Part shown: positions 9,670 through 19,088 of the stretch, piece after piece
How positions within the stretch are numbered: the stretch's first letter is position 1
Layout of the letters: every line of letters starts with the position of its first letter
Virus record (IMG/VR): IMGVR_UViG_3300042880_000321
Location: 4,944 to 68,943 of that record
DNA from: a virus
Strand: one strand, 5' to 3'
DNA: 64,000 nt
The notes under the pieces: model-generated
Database searches by the model: none
Told to the model about the DNA's origin: nothing
The model's input: the letters and a program-made list of their open reading frames with translations, nothing else
Made by a program: the position numbers and the translations under genes

Positions 9670-9993
9670 ATGGATTATCAACAAATCATTACGTGGGCAG
9701 GAGGCTTGCTAATTGGTTCCGGTGTTCTTTGGAGTGGGTGGAAGTTTCTTAAACCGTTTCTTCCAGTCAACAAGGACCGCGATGCGGTCATCGAAAGACT
9801 GATCCAAGGTCTAAACGACCGAATCGTCGGTCCCGAAACCAAAGATGCCGTCTCGGTCCCTGACCGAGCTACAGCCTTGGCTTACTGCGAAGCAATTCTC
9901 CGTCACCTTGAAAAGAAACCTGACCCCAAGAAAGGCGTAGACGCCTTGATTGTTGTCATGTCCCAAATAGCGGCTCCCGCTCCGAAGGAGTAA
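9670..9993 (+). CDS. membrane-anchored hypothetical protein
   Basis: N-terminal transmembrane segment. Confidence 0.65.
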   Translation: MDYQQIITWAGGLLIGSGVLWSGWKFLKPFLPVNKDRDAVIERLIQGLNDRIVGPETKDAVSVPDRATALAYCEAILRHLEKKPDPKKGVDALIVVMSQIAAPAPKE

Positions 9994-9998
9994 TTGCC

Positions 9999-10382
9999 GT
10001 GAAAGAGTTATTCCCGAAAGGGGCTATGATACTAGGTGGTCTGTTGTTGATAGCGGCAGGCCGCTTTCCTGCGACTGGGCCTAGTGGTCCTGTAGCCACA
10101 TTCAAGGATCATACGTTGTTTGTTCTCTACGAGAAACAAACACCAACGGTCGATCAAGTGATCGCTATCCGAGGAGCAAAGGATTTCGTTTCCTCTGCCG
10201 GATTTGCAGGTTATTTATTGATCGACGACGATAACACCGCTTTCAGCGGTCTAATCAACAAAGCCAAGGAAAGGGGCGTAGAGCCTCCATTTTTGGCTGC
10301 CGGAAAGCCGGAAGCCGGGAAGATCAAAGAGTTTAAGAAAGTAGTGCCGTGGAAAACTGGATTCGAGGATATCCTGAAATGA
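9999..10382 (+). CDS. membrane-anchored or exported hypothetical protein
   Basis: N-terminal hydrophobic segment and Pro/Gly linker; ATGA overlap with the peptidase gene. Confidence 0.6.
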   Translation: MKELFPKGAMILGGLLLIAAGRFPATGPSGPVATFKDHTLFVLYEKQTPTVDQVIAIRGAKDFVSSAGFAGYLLIDDDNTAFSGLINKAKERGVEPPFLAAGKPEAGKIKEFKKVVPWKTGFEDILK

Positions 10383-11293
10383 ACGACGAACAAGAACCAT
10401 TGCAATTGTTCGACGGGGCTGCTGTCGGCACCGGGCTTCTTATGCCCACTGCCGAGACTGTCAAGGAATCCCTCAAAGCAGAGGAATACCCGGAAGACTG
10501 GTTCCTCGAAGATAAGGACATCGAAAAGTCGCTCAAAGGCGACACATACAAGACTTTTCGCAGAATGCGAAGTGGTTTAATCATTAACCAAGGGTCAATT
10601 GGTAAATGCAATGCAAGTGCAGTTGTGGCTGCTATGCATAACACCCGTATGCGAGACGGCATGACCGGCACCTTGTTTGCGGATAGCCATCTCTACATGA
10701 ATATTAACCGAGGCGTAGACGGAGGCTCTCAGTTAGTAGACGCATTGCATTGGTTGACATCCAAGGGCGTATCTCCCGTCAATCTCCAAGTCGGCGGACG
10801 GACTGTTAAGTTCCCTCTGACGGCTTTTAGCCGTCGCCAAGTCGCTCCAGCGGTCCTACAAGCAGCGGACTCCGCTGCTCCGACCTTTCAGACCTGGGAG
10901 CCGTATCGCGTGCCTGTAAGCTCTTACGAGCGATTTAACAGGGCCGTAGCGTCGGCCTTAGCCAGAGATCACCAAATTATCATCGCGTTACACGCGAGCA
11001 ATGCCTTTATGTCGTTAGATAGCAAAGGTTACATTCGCCAAGGTCAAGGATACGGGAACCATGCCCTAGTCGCACATAGTGCGAAGTGGGTAGGTTCCAA
11101 GGACGATCTAGTCCATCCCGACATCCAGAACTCTTGGGGGCCGGCTAAGAATCCAGATCTAGGCCGCGTCGGCGGCCAAGGGTGGGGGGAAGACGGATTC
11201 GGACTAATCACGATGCGCAGCTTGTGGCAATGTGCCAAAACCCACGTATTCTGGGTCTACACTGGTTCCAAATTCAATCCAGGTGCCGCATGA
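10379..11293 (+). CDS. papain-like (C1-family) cysteine peptidase
   Basis: NQGSIGKC (oxyanion Gln and catalytic Cys), GNHA (His), QNSWG (Asn) and WGEDGFG. Confidence 0.85.
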   Translation: MNDEQEPLQLFDGAAVGTGLLMPTAETVKESLKAEEYPEDWFLEDKDIEKSLKGDTYKTFRRMRSGLIINQGSIGKCNASAVVAAMHNTRMRDGMTGTLFADSHLYMNINRGVDGGSQLVDALHWLTSKGVSPVNLQVGGRTVKFPLTAFSRRQVAPAVLQAADSAAPTFQTWEPYRVPVSSYERFNRAVASALARDHQIIIALHASNAFMSLDSKGYIRQGQGYGNHALVAHSAKWVGSKDDLVHPDIQNSWGPAKNPDLGRVGGQGWGEDGFGLITMRSLWQCAKTHVFWVYTGSKFNPGAA

Positions 11294-11844
11294 AATATTT
11301 GCTACTTTTCCTTTGTCTGCTGTCAGTAGGATGCATTCCTGTTGTTGCCGACAACCCGCTCGTCCTAGACGAGCCTATTGTTCTGACTTCCGATACGCCG
11401 GTTGCTCCTGAAGTTACCCCGCAAGTTACCCCGCAAGTGGAGCCGCCTAAATCCAAAGTAGAGCCGGTAGTCGTCAAGCCTACTTATCGTTGGACGTATC
11501 CGGGCGACCTAGGTACACATCTACGAAGTGTACACGGAGTAGATGTAATCGGTATGTCGAAGTCTGAGATGCTGCAAATGCACGACGATCTCCACAATTC
11601 GCAGCTAGCAGTAAAAGCTCCGGTAGCTAAGGCAAATGTCGTAATTCAGTATACAATAGATTCTTGTAGTTGGTGCAAGTACGACGAGAAGAATATCTTC
11701 CCTAAATGGGCAGCCCAGGGATGGAATTTCCAAAAAGTTGATGAAACGGCTAACCCGCGAGGCGTTTACCCTCGCTACGAGATCCGGTGGGCAGGCGGTA
11801 AGACGGCGACACACTCAGGCTCTTTGAGCACCTGGAAGAACTAA
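11290..11844 (+). CDS. putative lipoprotein with a His-rich module and a thioredoxin-like CxxC domain
   Basis: MKYLLLFLCLLSVG-C lipobox-like signal; HLRSVHG..HDDLH module; YTIDSCSWC followed by a cis-Pro-like GVYP. Confidence 0.65.
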   Translation: MKYLLLFLCLLSVGCIPVVADNPLVLDEPIVLTSDTPVAPEVTPQVTPQVEPPKSKVEPVVVKPTYRWTYPGDLGTHLRSVHGVDVIGMSKSEMLQMHDDLHNSQLAVKAPVAKANVVIQYTIDSCSWCKYDEKNIFPKWAAQGWNFQKVDETANPRGVYPRYEIRWAGGKTATHSGSLSTWKN

Positions 11845-12236
11845 TGCCAGCAACGACAACCGAAGAAGCAGTACAAAGAATCATCCAATACGATGCGTCC
11901 GTCATCCCTGATGTACAGCCGTTTATTGATGATGCTATTTTGATTGTGAATGCGGTTATCGGCACAAGTTCATCGCTGTCGGATGCTCAGTTGGAATTGG
12001 TGACCCGATATACCTGTGCACATTTAATGGCCGTAACCGACGTTCGGGTATCGATGGAACAGGTCAAGAGTCTGATGGTTCGGTACAACCAGCACCTAGA
12101 CAAAGGCTTAGGGATCACGACTTACGGCACTACGGCAATGTTGCTGGATACTACCGGCAAGCTAGCAGCTTGGAATAACCGAGTTATTACAGGCGGGGGC
12201 ATGAAGCAATTCTTCTGGGCAGGAGAAGCATCGTAA
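11844..12236 (+). CDS. head-tail adaptor
   Basis: Size and position; RYTCAHL and TTYGTTAMLLDTTG are typical of DUF4054-like adaptors. Confidence 0.7.
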   Translation: MPATTTEEAVQRIIQYDASVIPDVQPFIDDAILIVNAVIGTSSSLSDAQLELVTRYTCAHLMAVTDVRVSMEQVKSLMVRYNQHLDKGLGITTYGTTAMLLDTTGKLAAWNNRVITGGGMKQFFWAGEAS

Positions 12237-12704
12237 ATGCAAATTATCAAAACCGCCCAAAAGGATAGTCTTGTCTATTGGCCGTATGCCGGTGCCGATA
12301 TGTACGGGCAACCGATCTACGGCGCTCCGGTCGTCATCAAATGCCGATGGGACGAATGCTTGAAACAAGTATTCGACGCTGACGGTTCCCCGGTATTCTC
12401 TAAGATTGAACTTATAACCCAGATTCGGTTAGCACCGAAAGGGTTAATCAAGAAGGGCAAAACGATTCCGGTAGACGATTCCGGCTACAACGGTGAAACC
12501 CCCAGCTCCGTCATGGACGGAGACGTGTTAGACGGAGGCGGCCCTAGCGACCCGTCTACTGCTACTTATGACGGCGGAGAGCCGGATACCATCGTCTATG
12601 CATACAATCCCCGAAATCATCCCGATGTTTTCGAGATCATAGCAGTGGACGTTACGCCAATGCTACGACGCCGAAACGTAACATTATTTGAGGCATACGC
12701 ATGA
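12237..12704 (+). CDS. head closure protein with an acidic DGG-repeat insertion
   Basis: VYW..G.D.YGQP.Y..PV.I.CRW motif; insertion of about 38 aa at about 12474-12587. Confidence 0.65.
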   Translation: MQIIKTAQKDSLVYWPYAGADMYGQPIYGAPVVIKCRWDECLKQVFDADGSPVFSKIELITQIRLAPKGLIKKGKTIPVDDSGYNGETPSSVMDGDVLDGGGPSDPSTATYDGGEPDTIVYAYNPRNHPDVFEIIAVDVTPMLRRRNVTLFEAYA

Positions 12705-13360
12705 CATGGCTAAATCAACTAAAAGGATGCGACGATCTCAAAGCGTTTCTACATCACATGCAGGTTTGTGTGATCGTATCGAAGCCCGGCGGAGCTATTT
12801 TGTGGGTAAACAAGGCTTTCGAAGAATGGAGTGGTTATTCTTCAGATGAATTAGAGAAAGCAGGTTGGAGGCAAATAGTTATACCCGGTGCCGATTTTGA
12901 CCGAGATCCTGATTGCCCCGAACAATGGGAAGCGTATTCCCCGATATATAATATACGGACCCGATACAACCGCAAAAACGCATCACCTTGCTGGGGAACC
13001 TTAACCGCTATGCGGTTCCCTCCGATAGGTGACATTGAGTTTTGTGTGTGTACGTGGATTCCTCATCAAGAAACAACCAATGCGGCGTTAGACGCTGCCT
13101 TAATTGCCATCCAGAAATCAGAGAAAGCCACCAAAGAACTAAGTGATTCTTTTACAACCTACTCACAAATAAGCACGGAGCAACGATTTATCGTGACCGC
13201 AACAGAACTAGCTAAGAAGTACCCGAAAGTTACGTGGGCTATCATAGCTTTCGGTTTCGGATTGTTTGGGTTGAACAATGCTCTAGAGATCCTCAAAACC
13301 ATCCATTTAGTGCCGCCCGTCGTCACTTTGACGGCACCGGCCAATCCACAAAACCCATGA
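12701..13360 (+). CDS. PAS-domain protein with coiled segment and C-terminal transmembrane helix
   Basis: ILWVNKAFEEWSGYSSDEL is a canonical PAS start; RYNRKN....W is PAC-like; TM segment WAIIAFGFGLFGL. Confidence 0.75.
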   Translation: MTWLNQLKGCDDLKAFLHHMQVCVIVSKPGGAILWVNKAFEEWSGYSSDELEKAGWRQIVIPGADFDRDPDCPEQWEAYSPIYNIRTRYNRKNASPCWGTLTAMRFPPIGDIEFCVCTWIPHQETTNAALDAALIAIQKSEKATKELSDSFTTYSQISTEQRFIVTATELAKKYPKVTWAIIAFGFGLFGLNNALEILKTIHLVPPVVTLTAPANPQNP

Positions 13361-13746
13361 AAATAAAAGCCAAGGTCGAGGGTATAAAGGAGCTGCGAGC
13401 AGCTCTGGCAAAATACAACAAAGACTCGGCTAAGGCATACCGGGAAGGGCTAGCTATCGTAGCTAGGGAATTGCTCCGCAATGCCCAGTTCAATACTCCA
13501 GTGGATACCGGAGCCCTCAAGGCGTCCGGGCAGTGGTGGATTATGGGTTCTGGGTGGAATTCAGTAGCCGTAGTCGGCTTTGGTAACCCGGTGACCGGCT
13601 TTGTGAAGAATGGACGCCCCCGCGTCCCTGCGGACTATGCGGTTTTCCAGCACGATCTCCCGTATGAGCGAAAATATCTAGAAGAGGCCGTAAACGACAT
13701 CGAAGACAGAGCAACCACCCTTTTCTGGCAAATTCTAGCAGTATGA
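13357..13746 (+). CDS. neck protein (HK97 gp10-like)
   Basis: TPVDTGALKAS, YAVFQH and KYLEEAV motifs. Confidence 0.8.
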   Translation: MKIKAKVEGIKELRAALAKYNKDSAKAYREGLAIVARELLRNAQFNTPVDTGALKASGQWWIMGSGWNSVAVVGFGNPVTGFVKNGRPRVPADYAVFQHDLPYERKYLEEAVNDIEDRATTLFWQILAV

Positions 13747-14138
13747 CAATTCGCACCCCAGCGGAAGTATTCCGCTCCGTAATTCTGACTAGAGCCACCC
13801 AATTGGGATATACGGTTTACGTCAACCACATGCAGGATACCCCCGACAAAGCCATTGTCGTCGTAGACGAAAGAGGGCTCCTCGACCAACGCACTCTCAG
13901 AGACACACAAACGGCCCAGGATCGCGTCGAAGTCCAGGTACGTGCCCAGAGCCACGTTGACGCCGGGAACGTGTTACCGACGCTCTGGGAAGACGTATTG
14001 AGGCACGTTTCCGCCACGTCCACTTATGGCGGAATCGTGCAATGTATCACGAAAGCTAATACAATGGGATGCATGGGGCAAGAGCCACAAACTCGCCGCT
14101 GGCGATTCAATCAAGCGTTTTTCATGGTGATATCTTAG
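13743..14138 (+). CDS. tail terminator (minor capsid 3-like)
   Basis: MQDTPDKAI and VQVRA motifs; gene position. Confidence 0.65.
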   Translation: MTIRTPAEVFRSVILTRATQLGYTVYVNHMQDTPDKAIVVVDERGLLDQRTLRDTQTAQDRVEVQVRAQSHVDAGNVLPTLWEDVLRHVSATSTYGGIVQCITKANTMGCMGQEPQTRRWRFNQAFFMVIS

Positions 14139-14139
14139 T

Positions 14140-14595
14140 ATGTCGAACACAATCCTTCGTAACGGCCATCGTACCTTAATCGAAATCGTCGGTTTGACTG
14201 CCCGATTCGAAGAAGTTTCGCTCAACCCATTCGGGGTTGAGGCGGACGATTCGGTCGAACAGACCAACATGAGGACGAACAACTGGCGAGGTTTCCTCGG
14301 CGGTGCTCTTTTGACTGCGACCGAAATGTCGGTCAAGGTGCATTATGCACCCGGTGCTATCGAGCAACTAGTTCCTATTCTCCGAACTAATCGCGCCATC
14401 AGAGTGATTTTCCCAGACGGTGCCAACGTGCTTGTTTACTGCATCGTCCAGTCGTTCGTCCCAGACGAACACACAACCAACGAAAAGCCAACGGCTACGT
14501 TGACCTTGCGTCCGTCCAACCTCACAACCAGCAACCCACCTGCCGAAATTGGACCTGTTTACGCTACCGGAACTACAACTACTGTAGCTCCGTAA
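14140..14595 (+). CDS. major tail (tube) protein
   Basis: About 150 aa, beta-rich, immediately before the chaperone pair and tape measure. Confidence 0.7.
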   Translation: MSNTILRNGHRTLIEIVGLTARFEEVSLNPFGVEADDSVEQTNMRTNNWRGFLGGALLTATEMSVKVHYAPGAIEQLVPILRTNRAIRVIFPDGANVLVYCIVQSFVPDEHTTNEKPTATLTLRPSNLTTSNPPAEIGPVYATGTTTTVAP

Positions 14596-14616
14596 TCTTT
14601 TCTCTTTACGGACAGT

Positions 14617-14976
14617 GTGATGTTAAAGTTTAGTGCTAAGACCAAGTTTGAGGAAGTAACCTTGGAGAGTGACGCTGGCGAAGTGGTTTACACCATTCAC
14701 CAGCTTACCGGAGCCCAAGCTGACGACTACAGAGCCGCCCAGGCGGCTAAGTTGAAGTTAGACGGTGCCGGTAACGTGATTGAAATCACCGATTTCAAGG
14801 GTCAGTTCACGGAGCTTCTCAAGCGATGCGTCAAGGGGCCAGATGGCAAGTTAGTCGAGTTCTCGACTCTCGGCGGATGGCCTGATGAGACGCTTCAAGG
14901 GCTTCACGCAATAGCCATGACGATCAACAAGATGAATCAGGACAAAGACGAGGAAGTTGACCCAAAAAAGTCCTAA
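14617..14976 (+). CDS. tail assembly chaperone (gpG-like)
   Basis: Gene position; ends at the slippery heptamer A AAA AAG. Confidence 0.75.
   Translation: MMLKFSAKTKFEEVTLESDAGEVVYTIHQLTGAQADDYRAAQAAKLKLDGAGNVIEITDFKGQFTELLKRCVKGPDGKLVEFSTLGGWPDETLQGLHAIAMTINKMNQDKDEEVDPKKS
14964..14970 (+). promoter_or_regulatory. -1 programmed ribosomal frameshift site
   Basis: A AAA AAG in the correct phase; the -1 frame reads KKVLSDSEYLWYY straight into ORF 15003..15284. Confidence 0.85.
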
Positions 14977-15002
14977 GTGACTCAGAGTACCTTTGGTACT
15001 AC

Positions 15003-15284
15003 GTGGCACATGAAACAGGCTGTCCAAGTGTCCAAATCCTCAAGGAGTATCTTACTTACGAGGATCTGGAAAAATGGATGGCCTATTTTTATAGACGGAA
15101 GCAGGAACGCGAAAAGCAGGACTGGTACTTAGCGTCTATTGCTCACATAGTAGCATGTACGATGGGTCAGAGTAAAACGAAGATCGAAGACCACTTACTG
15201 AAATTCAGCAATGAAACTCCAGCCCCTAACCCCGACGCCTCTAAGGCGATGTGGTTGAAGGCTCTAGGGATTAAAGAAATATGA
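15003..15284 (+). CDS. tail assembly chaperone frameshift extension (gpT-like)
   Basis: Open in the -1 frame from 14970; directly precedes the tape measure gene. Confidence 0.75.
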   Translation: MAHETGCPSVQILKEYLTYEDLEKWMAYFYRRKQEREKQDWYLASIAHIVACTMGQSKTKIEDHLLKFSNETPAPNPDASKAMWLKALGIKEI

Positions 15285-17596
15285 GCGGCCCATCTCGCGA
15301 ACTACCTCCATTAGTCGTAAAGATTACGGCGGATCCGTCTGTATATCTCAAGGCGTTAGATAAAATGGTCCGGGCTACGCAGAAAGCAGCGGCCCAGATA
15401 GAGAAGAGTTTGGGCAAGGCGGCTAAAGGCGGAGGTCCGGGCGGCCCTCCGCGAGGTCCAGGAGGCGGAGGTAAGTTAGGTTGGCGAACAGAGGTTAAAT
15501 GGCTCGGCAAGCACTTAGACGGCAGACGTAAGTTCGGTCAAGATTTATCTAAGATGATCGACAAACAGACCAGAGAGCAAGCCCAACAGCACTCCAAGAA
15601 CCTCGGAGACGAGATATCCCGCGAACTCAAAGCTCAGCGCAGTCGCAAACAGATATCCGATCAGCGTGCCGCTGAAGAACACCGGCAGCTCCGTCGCCAA
15701 CGGATGCGACAAGTAAGCCGTCTGAAGGAAAAGGGAGTTACCGGACGCAAGGCCCGCATGGCGGGCGGCGGGCGTATGGGTGCCATGATGCAGGGTCTAG
15801 ACGGCGGTAGTATGATGGGTGCCCGTGCTGATATGTACATGCATAAGCAGTCATTAGGCGGCCTTTTAGGCGGTGTGGCTAGCTTCCTGAAACCAGCAGC
15901 GGAGATGGAAACCTACGCCATAACAATCGGTCAATTTTCTAAGAATGCCGAAGAAGCTAAAGCCACCTTAGCTGAGATGCAGGAATTTGCATTGATATCT
16001 CCATACTCTATGGAATCCGTAGTCCAAGGCACATCTCTGATGATGCGATACGGCATGGCTGCTGGTGATGCTGTCAAGATGACTAAGATGCTGGGTGAGG
16101 TAGCCGGAGGCAATAGTGCCAAGATGGAACTGTTGGCTCTCGCAGTCGGCCAGACGACTTCTATGGGTAAGCTAATGGGGCAAGAACTCCGTCAGATGAC
16201 GGAGCACGGCTTCAATCCGCTACAAATTGCCGCCGAAGCGATGCTGGGACCGAACGCCGATCCTAAAGCCGTCAAAGCTAAGGTGCTGGAACTCAGCAAG
16301 CTGATGCGACAAGGAGCCATTGATGCGGGATTGGTTACAGCCGCATTGGAACTATCCACATCGAAAGGCGGTAAGTATGCCGGTCAGATGGCGAAACAAG
16401 CCAATAGCGTATCTGGATTAACTTCTCAGATTGTAGAATCCCTTAAAATAGCCGCTGGCGTAATTGGTAAGATTTTCGAAGAGGATACTAAGAAAGTATT
16501 GAGGACTGTTTTAGATCAGGTCGGTAAACTCATTAAATATCTACGCGCTCCGGAGAATATGGAATTTATTAAGGCATGGGGATACTTCGTCATTAAAGTA
16601 ATTGCCGCTATAGCTGCGTTTCACGCACTAGGATATGTTATAGCTAAGGTCAAATGGCTTTTCGGGTCATTGGTAATGGTGTTGCAATTGTTGCTGCCGT
16701 TATTCAATTTACTTAAATTTGCAATAATGGGAATAGCTAGAGCTGCTATCGGCCCTGTAGTAGCCTCATTCTTTACTATGTACGGGGCTATTGTTGCAAC
16801 AACTGTCGTTGCATTAGCATTAGGGGCGGCTCTCGCCTATGTAATGTATCATGCAAACGCAGACATCCAGAAATACAATGAAGAGCTAAAGAAATCCAAT
16901 GAACTAACAGATAAGTTATCCAAGCATCATGCATCAAAACACGTACAAACGATGCTTGAGATCCGCACCGAAAAAGATCCTGCCAAACGCAAGGAGCTAG
17001 CAGAGAATGCCTTGAAATCGGCCAAAATAGAACTACAAGGCAAGGAGAGCCAGATATCGCAACAAGAGCAGCTAGTAGCCAGCTTAGAGCCTACGATAGC
17101 GTCAGCATATCAAGGTGGACGTAAAGTATGGGAAGGAGAATCCGCTACTTTAGAGCAACTGAAACAACAGAGAGAAGCCCAGGCTAAACGAGTCGCAGAA
17201 CTACAAGGCATTGTATCACCAGCCGCCCCCGGTGCCGGAGGATTGGTGACCCCGGATGCCCCAGACTGGGCTAAAGACCCAGCTAGTGCCGCAGCACACT
17301 TCAAGTCGTTCCTTGGAGGAGGGGATGCCGAAGACGGCGATAACATGCCCAGTACACAATCTGCTTACCGTAGAGGATCAAGCGAGCACGCTCTAGCCCT
17401 ATACAACCACGATGCGATGAGTATAGGTGAATCTGCTGCTGCTCGCGAAGAAGCAGAGAAGAAGCAGAAGGAAAAAGAAAAGATCGATTTACTACAGCAA
17501 ATCGCAACTAACACTAAAATACAGGCTGGATTAAATTCAGTAGGTACGGTAGCCGGTGACATGGTCGCTGGTTTCCTGTCCGGAGGTAGAAAATGA
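15281..17596 (+). CDS. tape measure protein
   Basis: 771 aa, helical; tape-measure domain motif GKLMGQELRQMTEHGFNPL; hydrophobic middle region. Confidence 0.88.
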   Translation: MSGPSRELPPLVVKITADPSVYLKALDKMVRATQKAAAQIEKSLGKAAKGGGPGGPPRGPGGGGKLGWRTEVKWLGKHLDGRRKFGQDLSKMIDKQTREQAQQHSKNLGDEISRELKAQRSRKQISDQRAAEEHRQLRRQRMRQVSRLKEKGVTGRKARMAGGGRMGAMMQGLDGGSMMGARADMYMHKQSLGGLLGGVASFLKPAAEMETYAITIGQFSKNAEEAKATLAEMQEFALISPYSMESVVQGTSLMMRYGMAAGDAVKMTKMLGEVAGGNSAKMELLALAVGQTTSMGKLMGQELRQMTEHGFNPLQIAAEAMLGPNADPKAVKAKVLELSKLMRQGAIDAGLVTAALELSTSKGGKYAGQMAKQANSVSGLTSQIVESLKIAAGVIGKIFEEDTKKVLRTVLDQVGKLIKYLRAPENMEFIKAWGYFVIKVIAAIAAFHALGYVIAKVKWLFGSLVMVLQLLLPLFNLLKFAIMGIARAAIGPVVASFFTMYGAIVATTVVALALGAALAYVMYHANADIQKYNEELKKSNELTDKLSKHHASKHVQTMLEIRTEKDPAKRKELAENALKSAKIELQGKESQISQQEQLVASLEPTIASAYQGGRKVWEGESATLEQLKQQREAQAKRVAELQGIVSPAAPGAGGLVTPDAPDWAKDPASAAAHFKSFLGGGDAEDGDNMPSTQSAYRRGSSEHALALYNHDAMSIGESAAAREEAEKKQKEKEKIDLLQQIATNTKIQAGLNSVGTVAGDMVAGFLSGGRK

Positions 17597-18609
17597 CGAC
17601 AACCCCACTCCCAACAACGACGTTTCCGCCGTTGCCGTTTAATCCACTAATTACACCCAGAGTCGTAGGCCCGCTAGCCACTCGCTTCCAGCGAGACGAA
17701 GACGGCCACCGCACCTACGAAATCGACTGGCACGTACAGACGGCGTTATATGAGCATAATATAGCTCATATTCTAGCTAACTGGCCGTTGTTTGGAGTTG
17801 GGCATCCGTACCAATTATCGCCATTATGGCCAGAAAGCATCGGCGTAGATACCTGGGCGTTCTTGACGCCCACTCTCAACATCGCCCCGCATCCCGACGT
17901 AGCCGAGTATTCGAAATGTCGTGACTGGGTAGTCACGCAGGTGTGGACTACGAAGCATTCATGGCGGTGTAACGTATTCCCAGTGGAGAATCCCCTTCTG
18001 GAGCCTGTTCATTTAACAGGTGATTTCGTTCACGAAACCCGAGAGATGACGGTAGACAAAGACGGTAAGCCGCTACGATTCCCGAACTTCGAGCCGATTA
18101 CCGGCCCTCTTACTGAGAATAGAATATCCTATCCTACGCTCAGTATTACATTCAACTCTGCCGGACTGCCTATCACAACGTACACCCTATTGATGAATAA
18201 CGTCAATGATGCGGTACTTTGGGGCTTACCTCCGCGATGCGTTCGGTTTGTGGATGCTAAGTGGGAACGAAAGGTGTACGGTCGCTGCGGCTACTATTTC
18301 ACAATCACCTACACATTTGAAATAAATCAAAACACATTCGACAATGAGATTCCGGCTCAAGGTTCTATGGAAAGGGTCAACTTGTCCGCTGACTATATGA
18401 ACCCAGAAAGTTTCATCCGAGCCAAGTCAAAAAGTGGAGAGAACATTTCTGTTCCGTTGGATATCAACGGAAGCCGCCTTGAAAAGATAGGTATGACTCC
18501 GGGCGGCGATCCTATCTGGAGATACCCGCAGCACATCCTTAAACCAAAAATCTACAAGGAAGGTAACCTACTTCTCCTTGGCATTCCATCGGATATTTCA
18601 AGTCTATAA
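17593..18609 (+). CDS. tail tip/hub protein (unassigned family)
   Basis: First gene after the tape measure; ATGA-coupled. Confidence 0.55.
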   Translation: MTTTPLPTTTFPPLPFNPLITPRVVGPLATRFQRDEDGHRTYEIDWHVQTALYEHNIAHILANWPLFGVGHPYQLSPLWPESIGVDTWAFLTPTLNIAPHPDVAEYSKCRDWVVTQVWTTKHSWRCNVFPVENPLLEPVHLTGDFVHETREMTVDKDGKPLRFPNFEPITGPLTENRISYPTLSITFNSAGLPITTYTLLMNNVNDAVLWGLPPRCVRFVDAKWERKVYGRCGYYFTITYTFEINQNTFDNEIPAQGSMERVNLSADYMNPESFIRAKSKSGENISVPLDINGSRLEKIGMTPGGDPIWRYPQHILKPKIYKEGNLLLLGIPSDISSL

Positions 18610-19088
18610 TGTCACATCATGAATCCGTCAATCCGTCTCAAATAGGTGCTTCCGGCGACCGGGCTACTTTCATCCTGAAAGCCGTTTACCAAGAATACGC
18701 CACCTCGCGGGCGATATCCGTCACACATGCTTACGACTTCGTAAACGAGGACGAGGAGTCTGCTTGGCAGACTGTACAGCGTATCAGTCCGTCGAAAGAA
18801 CAACCGATCAATTTAGGGCATCTAGAAGGAAAGTATCCTATACTGGTACTTTCCCACGACTTACCGAAGCTCGCTCCAAATACCCCGGATATCCTCAAAA
18901 ACGCACAGGAAGCCAACACCATCGTCCTCACCAACGCCGATGGCGTTGTTGTCGGACTGTTACGGGCAAAGCGGTCTACGGTAGTCGAATATCCATTTCC
19001 AGTATTCGCCAAGTCCACTACGGCGACCACCCTTTTAAGCATTACTGCGATCCCGGTGAAGCCGTATGAAAACATACCGACTAAGTGA
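18609..19088 (+). CDS. hypothetical tail-region protein
   Basis: Coupled ORF in the tail cluster. Confidence 0.6.
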   Translation: MSHHESVNPSQIGASGDRATFILKAVYQEYATSRAISVTHAYDFVNEDEESAWQTVQRISPSKEQPINLGHLEGKYPILVLSHDLPKLAPNTPDILKNAQEANTIVLTNADGVVVGLLRAKRSTVVEYPFPVFAKSTTATTLLSITAIPVKPYENIPTK

